Source: Flavobacteriales bacterium
GTDB taxonomy: Bacteria; Bacteroidota; Bacteroidia; Flavobacteriales_E; Vicingaceae
Length of the DNA: 42,826 nucleotides
Direction of reading: 5' to 3'
Assembly (NCBI GenBank): GCA_016763795.1
Contig: JAESTF010000333.1
Coordinates: forward strand, 1 to 42,826
Shown here: piece by piece, positions 1-9,174 of the stretch
How the letters are laid out: every line of letters begins with the position of its first letter
How positions within the stretch are numbered: the first letter of the stretch is position 1
Position numbers and translations under genes: made by a program
The notes under the pieces: generated by a model
The model's input: only the letters and a program-made list of their open reading frames with translations
What the model was told of the DNA's origin: nothing
Database searches by the model: none

Positions 1-1
1 T

Positions 2-757
2 AAAAATGATAATGTTTATTATTCCTCAGCTCGAAAAGGAGGGTTTGGTCAAAATGATATTTATATGATAAATGTTAATGGAATTAAGATAACGGGTGTT
101 GCTTTGTTGTATAATGATCCTTCATCACCCATTACTAAATTGAAAGTAAACATTACAAACAAGGATAGAACATTTAACTTAGCAGATACAACAGACGTTT
201 CGGGAAGGTATTACTTTCCTAAACTACCCATAAGTGATGATTATATTTTATTTATTGAAGAGATTGATGAGAGAGAGATTCCAGATTCTATTTATGTGCT
301 TAAAGGAGAAGTTATAAGAATGGGAAGAGCATACAGTAAGAGTAGTATTAATGACTCTATAGTTGATGAAAAAGGGAGTTATAGTGTTGAATTGATAAAT
401 GAAGAATATAAAAACAAACTAGATTCTATAGAAAATATGTCTGATGAAGCTATTTTAGAAGAGTATGGAGATAAAAGAGCACCTGGATTAGTATATAAAG
501 TACAAGTAGCAGCTTTAGCAAATTCTAAAAACTTTGAAGGAAGTTATTTAGAAGGATTCGGTGAAATTGAGAAAATAGTTTTAGATGATGGTTTAACGAG
601 AGTTACCATTGGAAAATTTTTAGTTTTGAAAGAAGCTTCCGCTCTGTTAGAATCTGTAAAAAGTAAGGGGCAGGATGATGCTTTTATTATTGTATTTGTT
701 GAGGGTAAAAGAACTTACCTTAAAGACTTAATTAAAGGAGGGGCTTTTGTTGAATAG
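2..757 (+). CDS. 5'-truncated envelope protein with a PD40-type repeat remnant and a C-terminal SPOR-like domain
   Basis: The frame is open from position 2 (KNDNVYYSSARKGGFGQNDIYM, a PD40-like S.R.GG.G..DIY motif), so the ATG at 65 is internal. The C-terminus YKVQVAA...TRVTIGKF...A..LL..VK.KG..DAFII resembles SPOR domains. Confidence 0.65.
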   Translation, partial: KNDNVYYSSARKGGFGQNDIYMINVNGIKITGVALLYNDPSSPITKLKVNITNKDRTFNLADTTDVSGRYYFPKLPISDDYILFIEEIDEREIPDSIYVLKGEVIRMGRAYSKSSINDSIVDEKGSYSVELINEEYKNKLDSIENMSDEAILEEYGDKRAPGLVYKVQVAALANSKNFEGSYLEGFGEIEKIVLDDGLTRVTIGKFLVLKEASALLESVKSKGQDDAFIIVFVEGKRTYLKDLIKGGAFVE

Positions 758-881
758 CTTTAAATATTGGTTTCCCCTAAATTTCACTCTCAAACTGGTT
801 AGCATCTCAATTAATAATGAACTGTTTATAACTGCTTTCACGGCACCTTCTTTGTAGTTGAATAAATAATATTTTTACCCG

Positions 882-2045
882 ATGCTTAGAGGAATTGTTA
901 TATTTTTTGTTGTTTTTTATTCACTATTTACAGTTGCTTTTGCAGAAATTGTAAACATAGGAATTTATCATAAAAGTAAAATCACTTCTTTTATTTTTCA
1001 TCCCGAAGAAGGTAAATACAGTGTATTTACTGAGCATGGAAAGCTTTTAGAGATTGATAAAACAGATTTATTAGAGATAAGGTACATTAACAATCAAATT
1101 ACAATAAAATCTTTTGATAAAAATTACGGAAGCTTTAAAAAAGTGCGATTTATTGGCACGTCATGGAGCAACTCTTTCAAAATAAAACTTACCAATAGCA
1201 AAAGAATAAAGATTTATGAAGATAATCTCTTTATTAATTTACATAATTACTATAACTACTTTCAATTAATTAATAATATAGAAATTGATAACTATATTGC
1301 TGGAGTAGTAGAATCAGAAGTGGGTAGGAGTCCGCCTCCAGAATACTTTAAGCTGCAAGCTATTATTTGTCGAACCTATGCGCTAAAAAACATTAAACGG
1401 CACCAAGCAGAAGGTTTTAGTCTTTGCGATAAAGTACACTGTCAAGCTTATAATAGAAAACCAAAATCAGAATTAATTAAAACGGCAGCACTAGAGACTA
1501 AAGATGTTGTAATTGTTGATAGCGATATTGATTTAATTACCGCAACATTTTATTCGAATTGTGGAGGAGAAACTGCTAGATCTGAAGAGGTATGGAAGCA
1601 AAAATTGTACTACTTAAGAGCTGTTAAAGATACTTTTTGTTTGCATGAAAATAATGCTGTTTGGACGAAAAAAATATCCAAAGAAAAATGGATGAGATAT
1701 TTAATAAATCATGGTTTTCCAAAAGGAAGCTTAAAACATGAGTGTAGCACAGAATATTTTCAGAATTGTAGAGAGCAATTTTATGAAAATCAGAACGTAC
1801 AAATACCTTTTACTAAAATTAGAACTGATTGGCACTTAAAATCAGCACAGTTTAATGTAACTCCTGAGGGTAGTTTTGTGATTTTAAAAGGAAAAGGTTT
1901 TGGTCACGGAGTTGGTTTGTGTCAAGAAGGAGCTATGAGAATGGCTAAAACAGGCTATTCTTATATTCAAATCTTACACTTCTATTACAAAGATGTGCAC
2001 ATGATTAATTTAGAATCATTGGCTTTCTTTAAAGCTGATTATTAA
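882..2045 (+). CDS. SpoIID/LytB domain lytic transglycosylase
   Basis: YIAGVVESE, KLQAIICRTYA, LCDKVHCQAY, FYSNCGG and GKGFGHGVGLCQEGA..MA..GY.Y..IL..YY motifs; N-terminal signal peptide. Confidence 0.92.
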   Translation: MLRGIVIFFVVFYSLFTVAFAEIVNIGIYHKSKITSFIFHPEEGKYSVFTEHGKLLEIDKTDLLEIRYINNQITIKSFDKNYGSFKKVRFIGTSWSNSFKIKLTNSKRIKIYEDNLFINLHNYYNYFQLINNIEIDNYIAGVVESEVGRSPPPEYFKLQAIICRTYALKNIKRHQAEGFSLCDKVHCQAYNRKPKSELIKTAALETKDVVIVDSDIDLITATFYSNCGGETARSEEVWKQKLYYLRAVKDTFCLHENNAVWTKKISKEKWMRYLINHGFPKGSLKHECSTEYFQNCREQFYENQNVQIPFTKIRTDWHLKSAQFNVTPEGSFVILKGKGFGHGVGLCQEGAMRMAKTGYSYIQILHFYYKDVHMINLESLAFFKADY

Positions 2046-2046
2046 A

Positions 2047-3327
2047 TCATTTTACAATAAAAATAGTTTTACTTTCTTTGTTAATCTCTACAATATTTTC
2101 CTTTTCAATAATCATAGTAGGTATCCCATCAAAATCAGCAATTTTTCCTTTTAAGGTTATTTCCTTTCCTTTCCATTCTGTTAAAGGATCGTAGCTAAAG
2201 TTAACGATGTTTTTTTTCCAAATAGCAATAGTAAATATTTGATTTGGATAACTTTTGTCTAGATTAAAAAATAAGTGACCATTTCTCGTTCTTCGAGCAT
2301 CTACCACAGTACCTCTAATGGTCATTTTTTTACCTGTACCCATATTACGTTTAGCTTGTATTGTATTATAAATGCCTTTAGGTAAATCGGGCTGGTAAAG
2401 TGGGGTAACATCTCCTTTTTGTTTCTCAGGAACCCAAATAGTAATATCTTTTTGAGTTTCTAATTTTTCTTCTAAGCCATCTTCTAGCTGATGAAAGAAA
2501 TTTATACTTGTTACTTTTTCTACTTCGTTAATAGTTACAGCATAACTTGAAACCGGGTATTTCATCTCTTTATTGGGCATAATAAATGCAATGGCTTTTT
2601 TGTTGACTAAATCTAAAACGACTTTAAAAAAGTATTTTGGGATACTTACTTTATTTACACTACGCTCTATAATTGGCAGGCTATCGTTTAACAATGGCCC
2701 AGTAACTACGTAAAGTTGTGTTTTTGGGTGTTCGTAAATGTAACCTCTTAATAAACCCTCTAAATCAGCCCATTTTTCTCTATTAAACTTATCTAACTGT
2801 GGTGACATGTTTGAATAAAAATAAGATTCCGATAAAGCTTTTTTACTCCATCTAAAATCTGCCGAAGGAGCTAAATGACCTCTGTCATAGCCAAAACCGT
2901 CATAATCATATTTATCTTCAGAACCTTCTTTTAATGTTTTTAAGAAGTAATCTTTTTCTATCGCACTTCCTGTTTTTACTAAAGGATCTGCTCTAAAGTC
3001 GTTACTTCTACCTGCTTTTCCGTTAATAATATCAGCAGTTATAATGTGAGAAACCCATTTAGCTTGTTCGTGTTTTTCGGAATAAATTAAAGACATAGCG
3101 GAATGATTAATTAACACTTCACCTTCTTTTAATTTTGGAATTCCAATCGTTTGAATATCTTCTTGAATCTTTTTTAATTTCAATTCATTTATTTGATCAT
3201 TAAGCTTTAAAAGATTATTATCTAAAAGTTCTGTTTGATTTTTTAATTCTTGAATTTGTTCATCAATACTTTGAGAAAAAGCGACAGAAGTCGTCAAAAG
3301 AAATATAGATAAGATTTTATTTTTCAT
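2047..3327 (-). CDS. Secreted DNA/RNA non-specific endonuclease (NucA/EndA-like) with N-terminal coiled coil and C-terminal OB-fold-like domain
   Basis: YDRGHLAPSAD catalytic motif, SNMSPQ...FNR..W..LE, YVVTGP and IPKYFFKV; signal peptide; tail IRGTVVD...FFNLDKSYPNQIFT...GKEITLKGKI resembles an OB fold. Confidence 0.9.
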   Translation of the reverse strand: MKNKILSIFLLTTSVAFSQSIDEQIQELKNQTELLDNNLLKLNDQINELKLKKIQEDIQTIGIPKLKEGEVLINHSAMSLIYSEKHEQAKWVSHIITADIINGKAGRSNDFRADPLVKTGSAIEKDYFLKTLKEGSEDKYDYDGFGYDRGHLAPSADFRWSKKALSESYFYSNMSPQLDKFNREKWADLEGLLRGYIYEHPKTQLYVVTGPLLNDSLPIIERSVNKVSIPKYFFKVVLDLVNKKAIAFIMPNKEMKYPVSSYAVTINEVEKVTSINFFHQLEDGLEEKLETQKDITIWVPEKQKGDVTPLYQPDLPKGIYNTIQAKRNMGTGKKMTIRGTVVDARRTRNGHLFFNLDKSYPNQIFTIAIWKKNIVNFSYDPLTEWKGKEITLKGKIADFDGIPTMIIEKENIVEINKESKTIFIVK

Positions 3328-3336
3328 TCGATAAAT

Positions 3337-3897
3337 TTATTTCTTTTTCTTCTTTTTTGCTGCAATTTTCGCTTCTTTTTTTGCTTTTTTAGCAGCTGCC
3401 TTTTTTTGTTGTTCTTTTCTTTGTTTAAGGTAATATTCTCGTCTTATCTTTTCCTCTTTTGTTTCTGGTCGTTCATCAATCTCAGCATGATATTTTTTCA
3501 TGTCAAAATTTTTCATACCTCCACCTAAACCTAAACCTGAAACAGATACAGGTCCAATACCAATCCCTACACTCATTCCTGATTGGTTTTGTGGAGGCGT
3601 TATTCGTAATGGTAATTCTTTATTTAAAGCTATTTCACCCAATATTTGACCTTTAGAACCAACAATTACTACAACATCTGGATAAGCTTTAAAATACCAT
3701 TTTCCTTTTATTACTTTTCCATTAACTTTAGAAATCATCATTGCTCCCTGCTTAATTACATGCTTTACTTTTCCTTCTTTAGAGATAATAATAGAATATA
3801 TTTTTCGGGAATCATCATTTCCATAACCTTCCCTAGCTTGAGAAAACACTGTTAGGTTAATTATAATTAACAGCAGTACTAAATTTAGTTTTTTCAT
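3337..3897 (-). CDS. Hypothetical exported protein with Gly-rich segment and Lys/Ala-rich C-terminal tail
   Basis: 186-aa ORF with signal peptide MKKLNLVLLLIIINLTVFSQ; ends 9 bp before the endonuclease start, so probably co-transcribed. Confidence 0.75.
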   Translation of the reverse strand: MKKLNLVLLLIIINLTVFSQAREGYGNDDSRKIYSIIISKEGKVKHVIKQGAMMISKVNGKVIKGKWYFKAYPDVVVIVGSKGQILGEIALNKELPLRITPPQNQSGMSVGIGIGPVSVSGLGLGGGMKNFDMKKYHAEIDERPETKEEKIRREYYLKQRKEQQKKAAAKKAKKEAKIAAKKKKKK

Positions 3898-3920
3898 AAT
3901 AACAGTTTTTTAGTTTATAC

Positions 3921-3928
3921 CAAAATTA
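3921..3928 (-). promoter_or_regulatory. Bacteroidota sigma-A -7 element TAATTTTG for the 3897/3327 operon
   Basis: The reverse complement of caaaatta matches the TAnnTTTG consensus, 23 bp upstream of the start codon. Confidence 0.5.
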
Positions 3929-3995
3929 ATGGATTTAGTTCGTAATAATTTCATCTTCCCATAAATGACAGATTTTTAGTATATTAGCTAATATA

Positions 3996-6143
3996 ATGCA
4001 ACAACTAAACCACATTCCTTTGTTACGTTTGTTAATCCCATTTATTCTCGGAATAATTGGAGTTGTTTACCTCAAACCAAATTCAGATTATCTCATTTTA
4101 AGTTTGGGAATTTTAGTAATTTTTTTTTTCGGTTTACTATTAGTTAAAAAAATAAATGCTAACTATAAAATAAGGTGGCTATTTGGAATATTCATTTACG
4201 CCAGTTTAATTTTATCAGGAGCTTCCTTAACCAGTTTGAAATATAAAAACACCAATAACACATCTAAACTTTTAACCGAAAAAAACAACCAATTATTAAT
4301 AGGAGAAATAATTGAACCACCTCAAAATAAAGCTAAAAGCATAAAAACGGTACTGAATATTAAAGGAATTAAAACACAAAGTAGTTGGATTGAAGGAACT
4401 GGAAAAGTGATTATTTACTTACAAAAAGATAGTTTATCCGATAAACTAAATGTTGGCGATGTAATTTCTTTTGAACCCAAGTTGAAAAATGTTCCTCCAC
4501 CAAAAAATCCAAATGAATTTGATTTTAGGAAATACCTTTCATTTCATTTAATACATCAACAAGCTTATTTGCGCTCTAATAATTGGAAATTAGTACAACA
4601 ATCTCCAACAACAGGTATTTTTAAATTTGCGAATAATAGTCGTAAATACTTAATTAAAACATTAGAAGAAAAAGGAATTAAAGGAAAAGAACTGGCGGTT
4701 GCATCTGCTTTAATTTTAGGGTATAAAGATAGTATTGATGCTCAACTAAAAAGTGCTTACTCAAGTGCTGGAGCAATGCATGTGTTAGCTGTTTCGGGTT
4801 TACATGTGGGTGTTATTTTTTTAATATTTAGCCAATTATTTTCATTTTTTGAGAAAATTAAATATGGTAAAATTATTAAAGGAGTTTTACTTATTATTAT
4901 ACTTTGGGTATATGCATTGCTTACAGGTTTATCACCATCAGTAATGCGAGCAGCAACTATGTTTAGTTTTATCGTTGTAGCAAAAATGACGAATAGAAAT
5001 TCTAGTTTCTTTAATACATTAGCTGCATCTGCATTGGTTTTACTTATTTATAATCCACTGTTAATTATGGAAGTTGGTTTTCAACTTTCTTATATGGCTG
5101 TTATTGGTATTGTAATTATTCAGCCTTGGATAAACGATAGAGTTACCTTGAAATACTGGTTGCCGCGTAAAGTTTGGGAAATAACAGCAGTTTCTATTGC
5201 CGCTCAAATTGCAACATTCCCGTTGGGATTATTGTATTTTCATCAATTTCCTAATTATTTTATGCTCTCTAATTTAATTGTAATACCACTTGCTATAGGT
5301 ATTTTGTATTTAGGGATAATTACCCTAAGTCTATCATTTATACCTGTGGTTGGCGAATATTTAGCACTCGGTCTAAATTATATTATTCAGTTTTTAAATG
5401 CCTCGGTTAATTTTATTGATTCATTACCTTACTCTTTATCAGAAAACATACGTTTTAGCGTTACGGATACTTGGCTCGTTTATCTTTTTATTATTTTCAT
5501 CATTACATTAATTGCTTATCGAAAATTTAAGTACCTATTGTTTGGATGTTGTTTTATTGCCGTCTTTTTGATGTCAACTTTCTGGGTAAGTTTTTCGGGT
5601 TTGGATCAGCGGAAAATTATTATTTATAACATACCTCAATTCTCTGCCATTAATTTTATTGATGGAGCTGATAATATTTTAGTTTCAGACATTAAGCTGA
5701 CTCAAAATAGGAGTAAGCTAATGTTTCACGTTCAAAATAATTGGATTAATAATGGTGTCGATAAAGAAAAGGTAGTGAACTTAGACCATCTCATTAAAAA
5801 ATATTCACTTTCTAATATTTATAGAATATCTAATAGGAACCTCTTTACAAAAAGAAATTATTTTCAATTCTACGACACTAAAATTGCTATAATTGACAAC
5901 AAATATCAACTTAGCCACAGTAGTGATAAATTGAATATTGATTTACTGTTGTTAACGAAAAATACACAACTTTCTATCAAAGAAATTCTTAGTCAATTTA
6001 ATCCTAAACAAATAGTAGTTGATGCTTCAAATTCTTCTTATACCTCACAACGTTTAAAAGATGAAGCAAATGAATACGAAGTTAATTGTTGGGTCGTTTT
6101 GCTGGATGGGGCTTACATTAAAAATATAAATCAAATTACCTAA
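3996..6143 (+). CDS. comEC: ComEC/Rec2 competence protein
   Basis: NPNEFDF..YL (DUF4131 region), GAMHVLAVSGLHVG, SPSVMRAATM, NPLLI.EVGFQLSY and many transmembrane segments. Confidence 0.95.
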   Translation: MQQLNHIPLLRLLIPFILGIIGVVYLKPNSDYLILSLGILVIFFFGLLLVKKINANYKIRWLFGIFIYASLILSGASLTSLKYKNTNNTSKLLTEKNNQLLIGEIIEPPQNKAKSIKTVLNIKGIKTQSSWIEGTGKVIIYLQKDSLSDKLNVGDVISFEPKLKNVPPPKNPNEFDFRKYLSFHLIHQQAYLRSNNWKLVQQSPTTGIFKFANNSRKYLIKTLEEKGIKGKELAVASALILGYKDSIDAQLKSAYSSAGAMHVLAVSGLHVGVIFLIFSQLFSFFEKIKYGKIIKGVLLIIILWVYALLTGLSPSVMRAATMFSFIVVAKMTNRNSSFFNTLAASALVLLIYNPLLIMEVGFQLSYMAVIGIVIIQPWINDRVTLKYWLPRKVWEITAVSIAAQIATFPLGLLYFHQFPNYFMLSNLIVIPLAIGILYLGIITLSLSFIPVVGEYLALGLNYIIQFLNASVNFIDSLPYSLSENIRFSVTDTWLVYLFIIFIITLIAYRKFKYLLFGCCFIAVFLMSTFWVSFSGLDQRKIIIYNIPQFSAINFIDGADNILVSDIKLTQNRSKLMFHVQNNWINNGVDKEKVVNLDHLIKKYSLSNIYRISNRNLFTKRNYFQFYDTKIAIIDNKYQLSHSSDKLNIDLLLLTKNTQLSIKEILSQFNPKQIVVDASNSSYTSQRLKDEANEYEVNCWVVLLDGAYIKNINQIT
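5997..6130 (+). repeat. Direct repeat copy 1 (functional comEC 3' end), left boundary of the putative island
   Basis: Aligns to 14832-14953, with an identical 19-mer CAACGTTTAAAAGATGAAG at 6048-6066 and 14870-14888. Confidence 0.85.
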
Positions 6144-6168
6144 TTTTAAGTATTATAAAAACAAAATT

Positions 6169-6486
6169 ATGAAGGCAGGAAAATTAATAGGAATCGTACT
6201 CGCTATTTTAGGATTAATAACTTTTATACTAATTATTACAGTATTTAATAATACTCTTTCAATTCCAAAAATTATAATTTGTGGTCCCTCATTTTTAATA
6301 GTTGGTGTAGCAATGATTATTTTTCCTGGCGGAAATATTACTGTCTCAGAAATTAATAATAAAACAAAATTAGGAGGCGAAATATGGTCTGGGGCACCAA
6401 CACTACATAAAATAGTTTGGATATTATCATTATTGCTAGGGACTGCTGCCGTTTTCTATCAACTAAATAAAATTGGATTATTGTAG
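6169..6486 (+). CDS. Small hypothetical membrane protein (about 3 TM)
   Basis: 105 aa, three hydrophobic stretches, A-rich translation initiation region. Confidence 0.7.
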   Translation: MKAGKLIGIVLAILGLITFILIITVFNNTLSIPKIIICGPSFLIVGVAMIIFPGGNITVSEINNKTKLGGEIWSGAPTLHKIVWILSLLLGTAAVFYQLNKIGLL

Positions 6487-6631
6487 ATATAAAATATTGT
6501 TTTTCAGTTGGTTATATTTGTTTTACTATTTTTTTGCTAAAGAATAACTTTATTTAGTTAATGGTATTCTATACATAATTAAAAACTATTAATTATTATA
6601 TTAGCATTCCACAAAAACAAATGATTATACT

Positions 6632-7474
6632 ATGGTAATAATTGGATACAGATCAACTTTAATTGGAGAAACTACTTTGTCTTTTACAACATGTGAAGAA
6701 TGTGGGACAAAAAACTCTTATACGGTTTTTACCTACGGAAGATATTTTCATGTTTTTTGGATACCACTATTTCCAATAGGAAAGACTTATTTAGCTGAAT
6801 GCTCTCATTGCAAAAAAGCATACAGTAAGGAGCGATTGTTTACCAAAGAAGTTAGAGAGGCTTTTCATACAGAAAGAGTTAGAACACCAGTTAAAAGACC
6901 ATTTTGGCACAGTATAGGGTCATTAATGATTTTAGGGATAATTGGCTTAAGCATTATTACTGCTCTAATAGCTATAGCGACTGATGATGGCTCTGCAGAA
7001 AAGAAAAGATTAGCTGAAGAACCTTTTAAAGAGGCATTAGAAATGGACCTAGCTAAATTAAGCAGCAACGTAGCACTTGATGATTCTTTAACTTTTTATA
7101 TTAAAGATTGCCTATCTTTTAGTTTAAATAATGAGGTGAATGAAGATGAGATAGAATATTATACAGAAATGAAGGAAGACAAAATTCTTATTTTATTACG
7201 GATTAGAGACATTAAGAAGATTAAGAAAAAGTCACGAAAAAAGCTAATAGAATTTATTGAAATGTGTGTGAATTTAAACGATGAACCGAATACAAGAGAT
7301 TTATATATTATGGTAAAAGGTAAATACACTCCAATATTACTTAAAACTCCTTTCGAATCTGATTTGGGTGGTTACTTAGCATCAAAGAGTGATCTTTACC
7401 CGTATTATGCAGATGATAACCAGAGCAAAGATTCGACAACTGTAGCGATAGAAGTAGTTATAAATTCTTTGTAA
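6632..7474 (+). CDS. Zinc-ribbon domain membrane protein (zinc_ribbon_15-like)
   Basis: CEEC...RYFHVFWIPLFP.GK....ECSHC pattern followed by one TM helix. Confidence 0.8.
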   Translation: MVIIGYRSTLIGETTLSFTTCEECGTKNSYTVFTYGRYFHVFWIPLFPIGKTYLAECSHCKKAYSKERLFTKEVREAFHTERVRTPVKRPFWHSIGSLMILGIIGLSIITALIAIATDDGSAEKKRLAEEPFKEALEMDLAKLSSNVALDDSLTFYIKDCLSFSLNNEVNEDEIEYYTEMKEDKILILLRIRDIKKIKKKSRKKLIEFIEMCVNLNDEPNTRDLYIMVKGKYTPILLKTPFESDLGGYLASKSDLYPYYADDNQSKDSTTVAIEVVINSL

Positions 7475-8259
7475 ATTAAACCAAAAATCAAAAAGCATTG
7501 AATTATTGATAATGACTAAATGGCTTGTTGTTATTAGAGTGTTAATTGATAGTATAATTCTTAGAGTCTTTATTCAGAACAAATTAACTAACCAACTTAT
7601 TCCCGCGGGTTATTTGCATATAATTAGTCATTATGTTACTTTTCTTGTAATTCTTAACATAATAATTTAAATAAACGCTCTTAATTGTTGTACATCTATT
7701 ATAAGTATAATGTTAAGGTATATATATGATATAGGAGACTTAAATTATATAAAGAACTGTTTTAGGTAATTCTTTAACATTTACTAGATGGATTAGGTTT
7801 TTTTGTTTTGAATTCATTGAAGTTGAAAATGAAAATATTTTCTCAATCAAGAAAGTTATGTTATTATAGATGGAAAACGGAGGAGTATAGAACACTATAC
7901 TTTCACCTAAATACAAAGGAAATGATAGTCCGGATGTAAAAGTAATTACAACTTGATACACTAAAAATGCTCAAAGAGAATAAACCACAAAAATACATAG
8001 AAAGTTTATGAATATATTGTTTCAAAACGAAATAATTTATTATATCAATTGATTTTCAGTGGTTTAGCAGTCATTCTTTTGCGAAGAATATAGCATAGTA
8101 AAACCTAATATCACTTGGACTTATTTTATTAGATCGAATTAATACGGTATGATACGTAAACACATTTGTGTGATTTTACTGATGAATAATATTCTTATAA
8201 TTTTTAATTTTTGGTCATTATTTAATTTAGAATAATTAAAAATAAAAAAAAGTAATTCT

Positions 8260-9126
8260 ATGTGTTCAGATATACCAAATTTTAAAGTCCAAAAAGAAAA
8301 TGTATGTATTTATAATGATGAATTTTCAAATTCTCGGAAGCCTATAAATATTGTTCAACTTAATCTTTTAAAAAATGCTGGGTGTGCAGGCGGATGTAAA
8401 TTTTGTGGACTTAGTATTTCTTCAGAAGTTGATCGAAAGACGACTGCAACTGAGAAGGACTTTCAAAATTCATTTAATGATGCTCGTAATTCAAATTCTC
8501 GTTTAGAACTTGTATTTCCAAGTGTTGGTGCTAATCAAATGGAAGTACTTGGGTTGTTGTCTAAAATGACTGATGTTATTAATGATAATTCAGATATTGA
8601 ATTGGCAGTTAATCCTGGAATTTGTACACGTGAAGATTTTTATTCACAACTAGCAGAACTGGGAGTCTCTAGATATAGAAATAACTTAGAAAATTCCCGT
8701 AGATTGTTTAAGGAGCTTGTACCTAAACGGTCACTTGCTCAAGACTCAAAATTACAATCAATGGATCTTGCACGAGCTGCAGGTTTAAAAGTAGATACTG
8801 GTTGGTTGTGCGGACTAGGTGAAAATGAAGCAGATATTAAAGATATGCTAGAGCTTTTAAATGTATCAAATCCAGATTCAATAACCTTAAATTTTTTTGA
8901 TCATCGTGAGAGCGCTGAAGATTTTGATTATACAACTCCTTCCCGTCAGACAGGGTTAGAAAGAATAACAGTACTCCGCACTCATTTTCCTGAAGTTGAA
9001 ATTACTTTAGGAGGTGCTCATGGTTTATGGCTTGGTTCAAAAGCAATTGATATCCCACAGATTAACGGGGTATATGTTGGAAGATTTCTTGACCATGGTT
9101 TACGAGAAGAAAGTAAAAAGCAGTAA
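8260..9126 (+). CDS. Radical SAM enzyme, BioB/BATS-like fold but probably not a biotin synthase
   Basis: C42xxxC46xxC49 (GCAGGCKFCG), L.ELGVSRYRNNLEN (BioB YNHNL[DE]T), GLKVDTGWLCGLGE (BioB G..VCSGGI.G.GE) and PDSITLNF (BioB PES[IV]P[IL]N). Confidence 0.85.
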   Translation: MCSDIPNFKVQKENVCIYNDEFSNSRKPINIVQLNLLKNAGCAGGCKFCGLSISSEVDRKTTATEKDFQNSFNDARNSNSRLELVFPSVGANQMEVLGLLSKMTDVINDNSDIELAVNPGICTREDFYSQLAELGVSRYRNNLENSRRLFKELVPKRSLAQDSKLQSMDLARAAGLKVDTGWLCGLGENEADIKDMLELLNVSNPDSITLNFFDHRESAEDFDYTTPSRQTGLERITVLRTHFPEVEITLGGAHGLWLGSKAIDIPQINGVYVGRFLDHGLREESKKQ

Positions 9127-9174
9127 ACAGCTATGAAATAGGAGATAATCAATGAAATTAGTTTAAAGTAGTTC

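Noticed and set aside
5722..5737. Possible parS site (TGTTTCACGT...)
   Set aside because: Only a half match inside comEC; no full TGTT(T/C)CACGTG(A/G)AACA palindrome was seen in the window.
7740..7961. 73-aa minus-strand ORF as a gene or RiPP precursor
   Set aside because: No recognisable motif, non-ATG start and opposite strand to the cluster; likely a chance ORF in AT-rich DNA.
8260..9126. Calling the radical SAM gene bioB
   Set aside because: The auxiliary cluster ligands and YNHNLD motif are not conserved, and no other biotin genes are nearby.
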